DNA of 64,000 nt from Ginglymostoma cirratum (GCA_024137785.1 JAHRHZ010000024.1:11992581-12056580); one strand, 5' to 3'. Shown: positions 52,450-64,000, numbered from the stretch's first letter. Notes: a model not told the origin generated them from the sequence alone. Numbers and translations are program-made.

Positions 52450-53095
52450 GTTGATGTCTGTCCAGTCTTTGCAGAGGGAAATAAAAATAAACAGTACATA
52501 GGAATTTGACATTCCTCAGATAATCCCTGCAGTTGCAAAACCAGAGATGATTTTTTTGCTTATGCAGGAAGCTATCCCCATTGCACCTTGACAGCAGTTG
52601 CCCCAACTTTAGTGCATTCTTCAGCGTGTGGTCCTGAACCTTGGAATGTGCCAGTCTGCAACACTCGGTCAACATCAACCCTTCACACTGGGAGACCAAC
52701 ATGTTTCGGGCAGACCAAAGAGTGGGTGAGCCTTGACAAAAACCATCGCAATTCTCTCCAGGCCTTCTTTGCACAGACACATTCCAGAGAGAAATGTGTG
52801 GCAATGTCTTCGCCACAGCAGCTACATTAAGGGCAGCGTGTAGTGGCAGAGAGAATCCTGGTGTGCATGAAGGATCTCTCAGGTGCCTCTCCCCACCAAC
52901 CGAGCTACACCTTGGTGCTTGTGGAAAGTTCTGGCAATGAGACATTTGACCAAGTGACTTTGACAGTCTGCTTAGGGAACCATCCGACAAGATCAACCCT
53001 CTCCCTTTTCTGCATGGTCTTGAGGACGTTAGGTAGTGACCACTGTCTGATACAGAACAATTCCATTACGTGGAACGTCCCCTGACAATGAAGCT
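52450..53095 (-). mobile_element. L1/Tx1-clade LINE ORF2 C-terminal fragment
   Basis: LWSARNMLV..ECCRLAHSKVQDH.LK.ALKLG preceded by a frameshifted CCHC-like region. Confidence 0.65.
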
Positions 53096-53111
53096 AGGCC
53101 CATCCTTTGTA

Positions 53112-54090
53112 ACATGGAAACAGACCCTTAGGCCCAAATCATTAATGCTGATAAAGTTCCCCAAACTAAATTTGTCCCACTTGCCTGCATTTTGCCTATA
53201 TCCCTCTAAACCTTTCCTCTTCAAGTACCTGTCCAAACGTCTTTTAAATGTTGAAACTGTACCTGCATCCATCATTTCCTCTGGCAGTTCATTCCACGTA
53301 CAAACCACCTTCTGTGTGAACAAATTGCCTCTTGGGTCCCTTTTAAATTTTTGTCCTCTCACCTTAAAAATATGTCCCATACTTTTGAGCTCGCTACACT
53401 AGGGAAAAGACCTTAGCTCTTCACCTTAACTACGCCATTCATGATTTCATAAACTTCTTTAAGGTCACCCCTCAACCTCCTACGCTCCAGTGGAAAATAG
53501 TCTCAGCCAATCGAGCCAATCAAACCCTGCAGTTGTGACAACATCCTGATAAATCTTTTCTGAACTCTCTCCGATTTAATAATATCCTTCCTATGGCCAG
53601 GTGACCAGAACTGTATGCAGTACTCGAAACATTACCTCTCCAATGTCAACATGACATCCCAACTCCTATTCTCCAAGTTATGAGCAATGAAGGCAAGCGT
53701 GCTAAATGCCTTCTTAACCACCCTGCCTACCTGTGATGCAACTTTCAAAGAATATGTATCAGAACCCTTTGGTCTTCCTGTTCGGCAACACTATTTTTAA
53801 TTGTATAAGTCTTGCCTTGGTTAGTTTTAGCAAAATGCAATTCCTCGCATTTATCAAAATTAAAATCCATCTGCCACTCCTCAGTCCATTGGCCCAATTG
53901 ATCAAGATCCCTTTGTAATCTTAGATAAACTTCTTCACAGTTGACTATACCATCAATTTTAGTGTCTTCCGCCATCTTACTAACTGTGCCTCCTAAATTC
54001 TCTTCCAAATCATTTACATAAATTACAAACAAAAGTGGACCCAGCCCGAGCCCTGTAGAACATGACTAGTAACAGGCCTCCAGTCCGAAA
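53112..54090 (-). mobile_element. CR1 LINE 3' end
   Basis: FVIYVNDLEEN..SKMAEDTKI..LQRDLDQLGQW.EEWQMDFN.DKCE; FTQKVVCTWNELP. Confidence 0.92.
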
Positions 54091-54468
54091 GCCAAAAAAA
54101 AATTACTGATACAAGAGCCGTGAGGACTCTGAAAAGCTGTTAACTTCTACCTACAGTGACAAAAGTAAGATAGAAGTAGTCTTCATTTTAATATTTCATA
54201 AAAATAAATCAGAAACTAGTATATTTTAATTTTAAACCGTATTGTGAAAGGATAGAATGAAACAAAGGGAATAAACTTGAGGAACAGTGTTCACAGAATT
54301 CATTTGCACTAAGAATGAATAATCACTGACTGGTTATATTGAAAGAATAGTCAAGAACTTTGAAGCATATTAGAGAGATCAAAGCTTTTATTTTTTAGAT
54401 TAATGCCAAACCTGGTTCACAGCCCCAAGTATATACTTGACTGATAGTTCTGGGGGCTGAAACCGTAT

Positions 54469-54540
54469 GGTTCTATGGTGTAATGGTTAGCACTCTGGAC
54501 TTTGAATCCAGCGATCTGAGTTCAAATCTCAGTAGAACCT
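54469..54540 (+). tRNA. tRNA-Gln (anticodon TTG)
   Basis: 72 nt GGTTCTATGGTGTAATGGTTAGCACTCTGGACTTTGAATCCAGCGATCTGAGTTCAAATCTCAGTAGAACCT; stems pair, A and B boxes intact, TTTT 4 nt downstream. Confidence 0.93.
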
Positions 54541-55213
54541 TAAGTTTTAGAGAATTAAATATTAAGTTACTGACCAAGAAATCCAGTTTCTCAAGTAATA
54601 AGATGAAGGATGTGATTTTTAAAAACCAGTAAATAACACGTGTTGGCTTCAGTTAAAATGTCCATGAAATTGCCAGATTGTAAAACACTTACTGCTTTAA
54701 TAATACCCTCTAGGTCAGGAAATCCCTCACCCCTGCCCAGAGCCTGGGCCAGAATATGACGCCTAGCTGATACATTCTGACATTTAACTTAAACGTCCTC
54801 CAAAGTATTCAACTGTATTAAAGCAGGGAAACAAGGATTGATACCAATAAGTGCCTGTATTGACCAAAATCGAAGTTCTGAATTATACAGGTTGCGATTT
54901 TGTCCCTTAGTTAAACATTTCAGATCTGACTTCAGTTGACCTATTCATACTTCAGCCTGGGAGAAAATAAGAAGTTGGGGTTCCTGCTCCTGCTCATTGA
55001 CTTATGACTGTTGTTGGAAAGAACAGATATGTGGATACGTGAGGCCAGTGAGAGCTTTCTATAAATCTCTGTTGTTGGCCAATGTTTGGCTTTGGCATTT
55101 GCCCAGAACAATGCTAACCAGATGTTGGATTTTCAGGCTCCACAGCAGCCAGGGAATTCCCCCTTAAAGATGTGATTCTCCTTCACCAAAGATCTCTTGG
55201 ACCTCGCACAAGG

Positions 55214-55498
55214 TGTGGTGGCATGGTGGCTCAGTGGTTAGCGCTGGTGCCTCACAGCACTAAGGACCTAGGCTTGATTCCATCCTTGGATGACAGTGTG
55301 CAGTTTGCATATTCTCTCTGTGTCTGCATGGGTTTCCTCCCACAGCCCAAAGATGTGCAGGTTAGGTGGATTTGCCATGGGAAATGCCGGGTTACAGGGA
55401 TAGGAAAGGGCAGTGTGTCTGGGTGGGATGCTCTTCTGAGGATCAGTGTGGATTTGATGTGCTGAATGTCCTGCTTCCATACTGTAGGGATTCTATGA
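55214..55498 (+). mobile_element. V-SINE (HE1-like)
   Basis: tggctcagtggttagcgctg..ggtttcctcccacagcccaaagatgtgcaggttagg..ctgtagggattctatga. Confidence 0.85.
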
Positions 55499-55559
55499 CA
55501 CTGTAGACAGTGCATTTATTGTCAGTAGTTGATGTTGTAAGGCAAACTCTTCTGACATT

Positions 55560-55780
55560 AAATCTCTCCTGTCTTCCACCCTATTACTAACCTCCCTTTT
55601 ATCTTTGTTCAATTTATTCCATGTGCCAACCTAATTACATCTCTAACTTCTGCTAATTCTGATGAAAAGTTATTAACCTGAAAAATTAACTATGTTTTGC
55701 TCTGCCTAGATGCTGTATGACCTGTTGAGTACTTTTAACACATTCCATTTTTTTTCCCCCAGTGGGTGCAGTATCCTGCT
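55560..55780 (+). mobile_element. Old PLE-tail relic with degenerate hammerhead
   Basis: ttCTGATGAaaagttattaacctGAAAaattaact..agatgctgtatgacctgttgagt. Confidence 0.55.
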
Positions 55781-57949
55781 TGTGGATGGGTAAAGTGCAT
55801 GGTCTTCCCTAACAGTTTGGAAAATTGCTTATTCTTATTTTCCCCAAACCAAAACCATTTAAAAATAGACACATTTACACCATTTCATTGAGCCTAAGGG
55901 AGTTAGAACTTACAGTCATATTGCATCTTAATGATAAATATTATATAAGAAACATGTTTCATAATAACAGCTTTCCTATGAAAGATACCCCTGTTTCAGG
56001 GAAAATCTATTTATTTACAAAGTTAACCAGGTTCATAACGTCAGTAATGCAGTGATAAAAACAAATAGGTTGACTTGAATGATATAACCAACACAGCAGA
56101 GGCTGTTTTCATGAAAATCCCCTCTCTCTGCTAACAGTACGTAAGTTAATCATAACATGATAAGACTATACAACACAGAAAGAAGTCATTCAACTCATTA
56201 TATCCATGTCAGCTGATGGATGGAACTATCCAATTAGTTACAGACGCTCCCTTGCTTGTTCCTCATAGGCCTGCAATTTTTTTCCATTTCAGGTTTTATT
56301 CAGTTGTCCCTTGTAAGTTCCTATTGAATCTGCTTCCAGCAAGTTTTTAAGCACTAATAAATGGCTTGCCCTAAAGCAACTGTTCCTCTCTCCAAATATG
56401 TTGTTAGACTTGTTGAGTATTTCCGGCATTTTCAACACCAAGGATCTGATTTGGAGGTAATAATGCTGCCACTACTCTTTAATGTTGCAGTCGATCTGTG
56501 AGCGTTGAACACTGGATAAGAAAAATTGACACATTTTTTCATTTCCTGCTGCTAATATCTTTCATCTTAATGAGTACATAATTACCACCTATAAAGTAAA
56601 AATAATCTATGCCTTTAATCATTTAGTTAAACTACAAAATATTACCTAATTTTCAAAATGTATTCATTATTGAAATGCTTCAAAAATGCTTTTCTGGGTA
56701 GAGGACATAAATCATTGATTTAAGCTTACTGCATCCCATTCCATCACACACACTTTGCAATTGATTGTTTTACATTCTGCTGTGCCTGCCATCTTTAAGT
56801 GCCATTTCCCTACTACATAACATGATAGTATGTGTCGTGACCCACAGCACAGAAAAGAGTTTACTCACTCAACATAAAGTGTCTGACAAGTCTCCTTCTT
56901 TTTGACTTCCTCCTAATCTGCATATAATATTGTGGGATAATTATTGCTGCTAAACATGATTGAGTCACTAAAGTATCTGGTGTATGTGCTATGGGAAAAG
57001 TCTTCCCTGCCCGACTATGATGTGGGCAATAGGGAAAATGTTGGGAAAGTCACCTAAGATGGCCAGCAATGAGTGTCACAACATCAAGAACAAAATTCAC
57101 ATTTTCAAATGAAGTCTTGAACAGTGAGATTAGAAACTTGCTCGTGAGTGGCAAGAGGCCTATTTGCATGTATTAGCATACACAAATATCTCTTTATTAC
57201 CTCATTTTACTCAGTTAATAAGCAGCTTCCCATTCTCCCACCCACATGTCAGGAATTACATGGTGGCAATTCCACTTACAAAAGTCAGAGTGATAACCTG
57301 GCAACTCCAGTTTGCTGTTTACTTCTCCCAGCATTCAGCATTGGCACCAAACACCAACATCTCAGTGCACACCCCATGAACAATGATTGCACGGACCCTC
57401 CGTCCATGGACTTTCGTATTCGACACATACCAGAAAACTGCATCATCGTGGTATGTCTTCAGTCAACTTACAGAATGCGTTCTGCACTCTGGAATGTGTG
57501 GCACTTCATTGTCAATGCTGCTGCGAGAGTGTGCAGAGACAGGCACCCAATTCACGGTTTGAACCAAGTGGCTGTCCAGACCCAAAGCACTTTGACAACA
57601 TCTTGCAGCAGCAGGAATCAACCCCACTCATGGCTGTAATGGATAAGCAATGTTTTGCACAAGTGACAAAACAGTCATCATATTTGGCAAAGTTACAAGC
57701 ACCTTCCATGTTCCAACATCATTCATATGATACAGCAGCTGCTTGCAATACATCTTGGACCAGAAAACATTGTGTAGCTCCTTACCTGTCTCTCACCTTT
57801 GATGGTTAGCATTGCCCTCAACAGGCTTTGCATGCAAATTAATTAATTAATTAGAGAACCTGGATGATTTACTAGTGGTGGTTATTAGATCAAAAAAGAA
57901 ACGACTGGTGATTTGGCGATGGGAAAAGAAAATGTTCAGTTGTGTGTAA

Positions 57950-59964
57950 GAGCACTTCTGGATACATAAAAAAAACACATTATGTACTGCTAAGGATGCC
58001 TTCCTTCTACCATGTTCTATTCACCTTCAATCCTGTAGTTACAGATGGACAGACATTCAGTCACCCAGCTGATGAAGAAAAGTGAATATTGATTAACCAA
58101 TGTGACAACCTTCTTAAGCCACAATGAATAATTTATAATAAATGTTACCCAGGTACCCTCAGCAGGTCTTCTTTCTTTGTCTGCCCCTACATCTCAGTGC
58201 AGTCCCAGGGTCTGCACCTGTGGTGGAGGAAGCCTGCCCTATTGTAGAATCCAGTAGCCTTGGAGCTCTTGTTGGGTGACACCAAGGATTTTTAAGTCTA
58301 CAAGGCCCAGATATCCTGAGTGTGTCCTGCCCATAAGTAGGTTAATTGTCCTCATCTTGACATCCTAGAGGGCTGAGGATGGCAAGCAGGGTAGAGGTGG
58401 AAGGCGCAGCCTCCTCTGGAGTGTGCTGAGGGGAGATTTCTGAGGAGCATTTTTGTGGTTCCTCCTCTGGCTGGGAACCTACTGAGAGTGCCCTGTGTCC
58501 TGGCCGGGATGGAGCACCTACAGGCAGGGGGCTCGATGTCTCTCATCCCCCTGTAGCCTTGCTATTGGTACTGAACACCGGTGGTGATACCAATGGAGTG
58601 TAGATGAGCCTGTATTTAGTACAAACTGAGTGTGCTGGGTCTAGCTGTCCATGGCAACCTCCAACCTGTACACAGAGGTAACCAGACACCCATCTGCCAG
58701 GGGCAGTACGCTCCAACAGCATTGGTGAAGATCTCCTGCAGCATTTGCGTCAGTTGACCTAGAGGTGCAGACAAACTTGATTGCTGCTCCTGTGTCTTCC
58801 TGTGCAATTTGAGGAAGTTGTTAACATCATGGCAGCATGGGTTCCTCTCCTGACCAGGGCTGAGCAGGTACCTGGCTTCAATGATATAATCATTGGCAGG
58901 TGTTTCTACAGTCTAAGTCTAATGTTCCCACCAAGTTATCAGTATCTGAGATGGAGGATGCTGCAGGAGGCAGCCCTGCTGGTGCTCCCTCTGAGGCATT
59001 CGTTCTCCCTTCCTCAAAAGGTGGAGGAGGGAATGTCTTGAGCCACTGGGCTCTTGGCCGCTGACACCATGCTTCACTGGTACCTGCAGGAAACAAAAGA
59101 GAGAATGCATTACAAACAAGGGCTAAAAGTTGTGGAATGTTAACAATACATTCACAGTGCACCTAATGGGAGCTCAGAGAATGATGGACAGTTCTTACAG
59201 AGATGCAAAGAGATTCAGGTTTCAGCAATTAGTCAACACGGTCTTCGCCTGTCAGAGCCAGTGTCTTTTATTCCTAAGGGTAAGGAGCTGAACTTTGGCC
59301 AGACCAGTCATCTTGGATCTCTCCACCCTATTGTGGGTATTTCTCTTCCCCCCAGAAAGAGACAAAGAGAGGGATTAAGTGAGATTAAATTAATAGAGGA
59401 CTTTTAGTGAGACTTGATGGGAAGTGGGTGAAGTAGCCAAGATTGAGTATAAGATTACTGAGGGAGAAGTTGGTGGCATTTATCCTGGAAGACTGGAGAA
59501 GGTCATTCACCTTCTTGTGGTAATGCCGAGCTTTTCTCCAGAACATGGTAACTACACTGAGCTGGATGGCTACATCAGACGAGGCAGGCAAAGTTGTTGT
59601 GTTGTGGTCTCCCCTGCTGCACTTGGGGAAGAGGGTTTCCATCTCTGCATCACCTTGTCCACTAAGACCTCCAGGTCCCTGTCTGTAAAGCATGTCCTTT
59701 GATGTGATATATCCGAGATAGTTGCTCAAAATGTGCAGGACAGCTCCAGACTGCCAGTGCTTAGCATGTACAACTACTAATGTAATATGGTGCAGGCACC
59801 AGGATTGCAAGATTTCTTGGCACCTACCTCTATCTCAGGAGAGTGGGATATCAGGCAGCATAGCAAAGACATAGTGCATAGTTAAGGAGCACTAGCAAAC
59901 GCTCCACAATCAAATACAACTCACCAAAAATGACAATCAGCTAATATCCAATAAGATTCAGCCC
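57950..59964 (-). mobile_element. Decayed PIF/Harbinger-like element carrying a Myb/SANT-like (trihelix) gene remnant
   Basis: DVAIQLSVV..RKARHYHKKVNDLLQSSR in ORF 59385..59810; terminus gggctgaatctt (reverse complement of 59953-59964). Confidence 0.55.
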
Positions 59965-60084
59965 AATAGCTCAGTGGTTGCAGTCTCAATTGGATAGAAT
60001 TTGATCAAGTGGTTAACAGGTGAAATTTTCCCCAGGTGATTTGGTGCTGAGGAAAAGACATTCAGTTGCATGTAAGAATGCTCA

Positions 60085-61862
60085 GGGTATGAACAAAGAA
60101 GAACTAAACAGATAGAACTTGGTTCTATCCCACAATAGCAGAAAATAGACACCCATACAGCATAGCTGAAAGACATCTGTTATCACAAAATGTCGTATGT
60201 GGATTTCACACATTGACTAAAAATCCTGACCCCAATTACTCTAGGCCACATCATTCAACATGGCAAATTTGTCCTATTGATGCCTATGAAGGGCATGTCA
60301 TGTCCTGTGTCCTGGAAACCTTCCCCTAATTTACCAAAGTAGCAATTATCTTCCAGGTCCATTGCACAAATTGCAGAAGCTGGTCACTTCGTATTTTGGA
60401 TTCAAAACATCCACACCCATGATTCTATGGTACCTTTTGTAGGAGTGCTTTTCCCGACCCATGACAAAGGCTCAGGAGGCAGAAATGATTCAGACAAGTG
60501 GAAGATGTATATTCAAACAGAAACTGGTTTATGCATGGAGCAGGCCAAAGGATCATCCTCGAATCTGACTTTGGAAGATAGATCAATGATCTGTTCTTTA
60601 CAAGGAAATACAGAATTTTTATACATTTTGTGTTACAGTAATTAAACACAACATATTCATTGTCCTTCCCTTAAACCAAACACCTAATCCTGTGGGACAC
60701 CTAATAGGTGGTTGACACTTCCATGGACTGCCCCAGGTTCCCATGATCTTCTGGTGTTAGCTGGACGTTGTAATCTCTAGGACTTAGATCTTCCCATGCA
60801 TCCTATTCATTCACATTATAAAAAATTATTAGTTATACTCCTTCAGCTCTTTCTCAGGCTTGTTATCTGTAAGGACAGCTTAAATTATATTAACCATTGT
60901 GTTTTGATGTTGTTGTTTATCTCATTGAGTTACTCCTTTTATTTTCCCACTGCCCCAATTACATAACATAAAGATAAAAAGTCAGTTAGTTTTAACAAAT
61001 TGCTTTAAGGTTAACTTCTGTCGTAAAGTTAATTAAAAGGCGTAATGTTGTGCAACTACTGCTGTTAGCATTTTTTAATGTATGGGTTGTGATCAATCTA
61101 TCTTTTCAGGGCATAAGAGAAGGCGTCTCCTATGGTTAGTTAATCTTCACATCTGAGCTTAAAATTTTTTAAGGCTTGTATTATATTCTAGTTATGCATT
61201 GAAACCAACTTCTATGATTAGAGCATTTTTAGCTAGAAACTATTTAATATTGCTGGTAGCTTCAAGGAGACAACAATTTATTACAAAATAACTTTAGCTG
61301 TTATCCTTGCAGCTGCTTCAGGACCTAATCTAGCACCTGACATTACTCATTTACTGGAACAATCATCCTTTCATTAATAAAGCTGAAATTGGTCATTTAT
61401 CTGTCCTAAGGCATCCTTTTATCAGAACTGTCTCAGAAGGGAACATATAGTGTTCTTTTACTGATATTCTAGCAGTTCTGTTCAAAGGTACCATTGTATT
61501 TCACGTTCCAACAAAAGGCACCATAGAATCATGGGTGTGGATGTTTTGAATCCAAAATACGAAGTGACCAGCTTCTGCAATTTGTGCAATGGACCTGGAA
61601 GATAATTGCTACTTTGGTAAATTAGGGGAAGGTTTCCAGGACACAGGACATGACTTGCCCTTCATAGGCATCAATAGGACAAATTTGCCATGTTGAATGA
61701 TGTGGCCTAGAGTAATTGGGATCAGGATTTTTAGTCAATGTGTGAAATCCACATACGACATTTTGTGATAGCAGATGTCTTTCAACTGTGCTGTATGGGT
61801 GTCTATTTTCTGCTATTGTGGGATAGAACCAAGTTCTATCTGTTTAGTTCTTCTTCATATCC
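60085..61862. repeat. Long inverted repeat: arms about 60085-60444 and 61507-61862, spacer about 1.06 kb
   Basis: The arms are reverse complements with only a handful of substitutions and one short indel by eye. Confidence 0.95.
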
Positions 61863-62110
61863 AGGCTGCTTAGTTTTGCTTAGCTTATTTCTCCCATCTT
61901 GTAAGCAGGCGTGAGCTGCTTAGTGTGTTCAAGTACAGGTCACCTTACATAGCCAGGTACAGGTCACCCCTACACCTTCCGTGGGTACTGAGGAGTTTAA
62001 GGAATGGGGAAGAGGCCCCCTTCATTGCCTTCACATGTTCAATCTGCTACTGTGTGTGCACCAAAGTCTTACACAACAGTTACCTGAATCAGAGCAAAAA
62101 TATACAGGGC

Positions 62111-62197
62111 AGTTCCGAGGAAGGGCCGCTTGACCAGAAACATTAACTCTGATTTCGCTCCAGAGGTGCAGTCAGACCTGCTGAGCTTTTCCAGCAA
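62111..62197 (+). mobile_element. Solo PLE family B tail, degenerate hammerhead
   Basis: agttCCGAGGAagggccgcttgaccaGAAAcattaact..cagacctgctgagcttttccagca. Confidence 0.7.
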
Positions 62198-62626
62198 TGA
62201 GAAATAGAGGTAGAAGTTTGGCCATGTTGAGAACATACTCACAATGCCAATATCAGTTGAGCAACACACGGCCTGTCAATGATTCATATCTGGTTGTTGG
62301 AACCACATGAGCGGTCATGGATCTCTTCCACTAGGGCAAGGATTCCCTTCTTGACAGGGGTGAGGAGATGGAGTGGGGTCACCCAACCACGTCTGGAGAG
62401 ATTGGATGATGGCATAGCTGTTAGTACCACTGTAGGTGCGGGAAAGGTAGTGAGGTGTCCCGAAAGAATGACTGGGAAGAGGCTATGCAGGCTCAGTAGA
62501 AGATCTTGGAAGATGGGGTCTGTGAGAGAAAGTGAGGGAACTTCCTAATGCAACAGCAAAAATTTTAGATATTAGCCTTGGTCAGAGTTGTTTACAGCTG
62601 CAGAATTAGAGTGTGAAGTAGCAGAA

Positions 62627-62985
62627 GGGGGCGATGGCCTAATGGTAGTATTGCTGGACTGTTAATCCAGAGACTCAAATAACGTTCTGGGGACCTGGGT
62701 TTGAATCCCGCCATGACAGATGGTAGAATTTGATTTGAATAAATATCTGGAATTAAGAGTCAAATGATGACCATGAATCCATTGCTAATTGTTTGGAAAA
62801 ACCCATCTGGTTCACTAATGCCCTTTTGGGAAGGAAACTGCCATCCTTACCTGGTCTGGTCTACATGTGAGTCCAGACACACAGCAATGTGGTTGACTCT
62901 TAACTGCCGTCTGGGCAATTTGGGAAGGACAATAAATGTTGCCTAACCAGCGACACCCTCTTCCCATGAATGAATAAAGGGGAAA
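62627..62985 (+). mobile_element. Full-length tRNA-derived SINE with L2-like LINE tail
   Basis: A box tggcctaatgg, B box ggtttgaatcc, body as at 40925, tail gggcaatt..aataaatg..ccagcgacacc..atgaatgaataaa. Confidence 0.85.
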
Positions 62986-62989
62986 AAAA

Positions 62990-63539
62990 TGGAGGATGGT
63001 GACACTTGTCCTCATGGAACACAAGAGGTTATCAACCTCCTCACTGTATTGTTGGATTTCCTCAGGACAGTGGACACAACACTGATCGGGTTGGACGCCT
63101 CCGGTCAGGCTGGCAGGGTCTGGAGTCATGGTCTCCTCCAGCAGTCCTCATAAAAAAAAACAATAGCCATCTTCTGTGCCACCCCATCCAGCAGGACCTT
63201 CAGGGCACTGCCAGCAAAGCAAGGTGCTAACTTGCCTCCATCAATAACCTCTGGGGCAATTCTTCACACACAGGAACTGTGAAGGACAGCTTCTGACTGA
63301 CAATGCATTTTAAATACCGCATTGACATCGGGAATCCTGGGAAGTCCCAGCATTGCCTTATGTTTCTGCTGCTGGCGAGAGCATGATAGCATGCGTGGGA
63401 CATCATGGGGGAGGGGTGCATTCTTAATGATGCAAACTATGATGAATTGTGAAGATAACCTGTGAGAGCTGAAAGAGCAAAACCCTGTGTGAAACTCTCC
63501 AAAACTGATGCTTCACTGATTTTTGGCAAAATTCAGCCC
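62990..63539 (-). mobile_element. Harbinger-like element end with Myb/SANT remnant (element probably extends left to about 62250, split by the SINE)
   Basis: Terminus gggctgaattttgcc (reverse complement of 63525-63539); frameshifted RRL.NLL-like motif near 63010-63060 parallels 59490-59520. Confidence 0.45.
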
Positions 63540-64000
63540 AAGATATATTTTATTACATGATAGCAATCAAGTATGAGTTATAGGTATGATAGGCATTGTT
63601 ACTGAGACGTTGTGGGAGACCTCGAGAATCTTCAAGAACCAGAGCTGTTCTTCCACTCAAATCCATATAACATCATCATGCACTCTCAGCATTAATCTTT
63701 TCAGAGCCAAACACCATCGACAACAGAACAAGTCCCAATGTGAAGCTGCTGACTAACTGTTAACATTTGATATCTTCGATGTCATTGCCAAGAACCTGGG
63801 AGAACACTGCACAGAGGGTGAATTGTGATCACAAGTGAGGAAATCTTCTGGTTATCTGTATTCATAAGGAGACTTTTATCAAAAAATCAATTCAAACTTT
63901 ATCAGAGTATTTCTAGCCCTGAATTCAAATCCGTTGAGGTTATTTTGGCCTGATGAGGAGACCGCCAGTTATTGCCCTGATCTGCATATTTAAAGAAGAT

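Noticed and set aside
57148-57809. Two overlapping ORFs (163 and 140 aa), possibly a Harbinger nuclease or a host exon
   Set aside because: Only vague motif similarity (CIIVVC), non-ATG starts and no convincing catalytic motifs or splice-site pair
61931-61976. Two-copy ~24-bp tandem repeat (also a ~17-bp pair near 30633)
   Set aside because: Ordinary slippage duplications; not an array
1-64000. CRISPR arrays, operons or other prokaryotic systems
   Set aside because: Eukaryotic repeat landscape; no regularly spaced repeats or gene-dense regions

Overview
This is repeat-rich vertebrate nuclear DNA, inferred to be from a cartilaginous fish (shark-like) because of HE1/V-type SINEs, DeuSINE-like relics, CR1, Rex1/Babar and Penelope-like elements. 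I recognise no host protein-coding gene; nearly all listed ORFs are decayed transposon fragments or their antisense shadows, so the window looks intronic or intergenic. It contains five substantial Penelope-like element (PLE) copies from two families plus short solo PLE tails, most carrying a minimal hammerhead-ribozyme motif (CTGANGA-stem-GAAACGTH), with two copies in fold-back arrangement. It also holds many CR1/L2-like/RTE/Tx1/Rex1 LINE pieces, SINEs, decayed PIF/Harbinger-like elements, an ancient Gypsy provirus with both diverged LTRs, one probably functional tRNA-Gln(TTG) variant, a young ~350-bp inverted duplication and two 400-N gaps. I see no convincing new biological system. The best leads are the ribozyme-bearing mini-elements and fold-backs, the inverted repeat and the compensated tRNA. 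All repeat family names come from motif recognition by eye, not from database searches, and boundaries are approximate.
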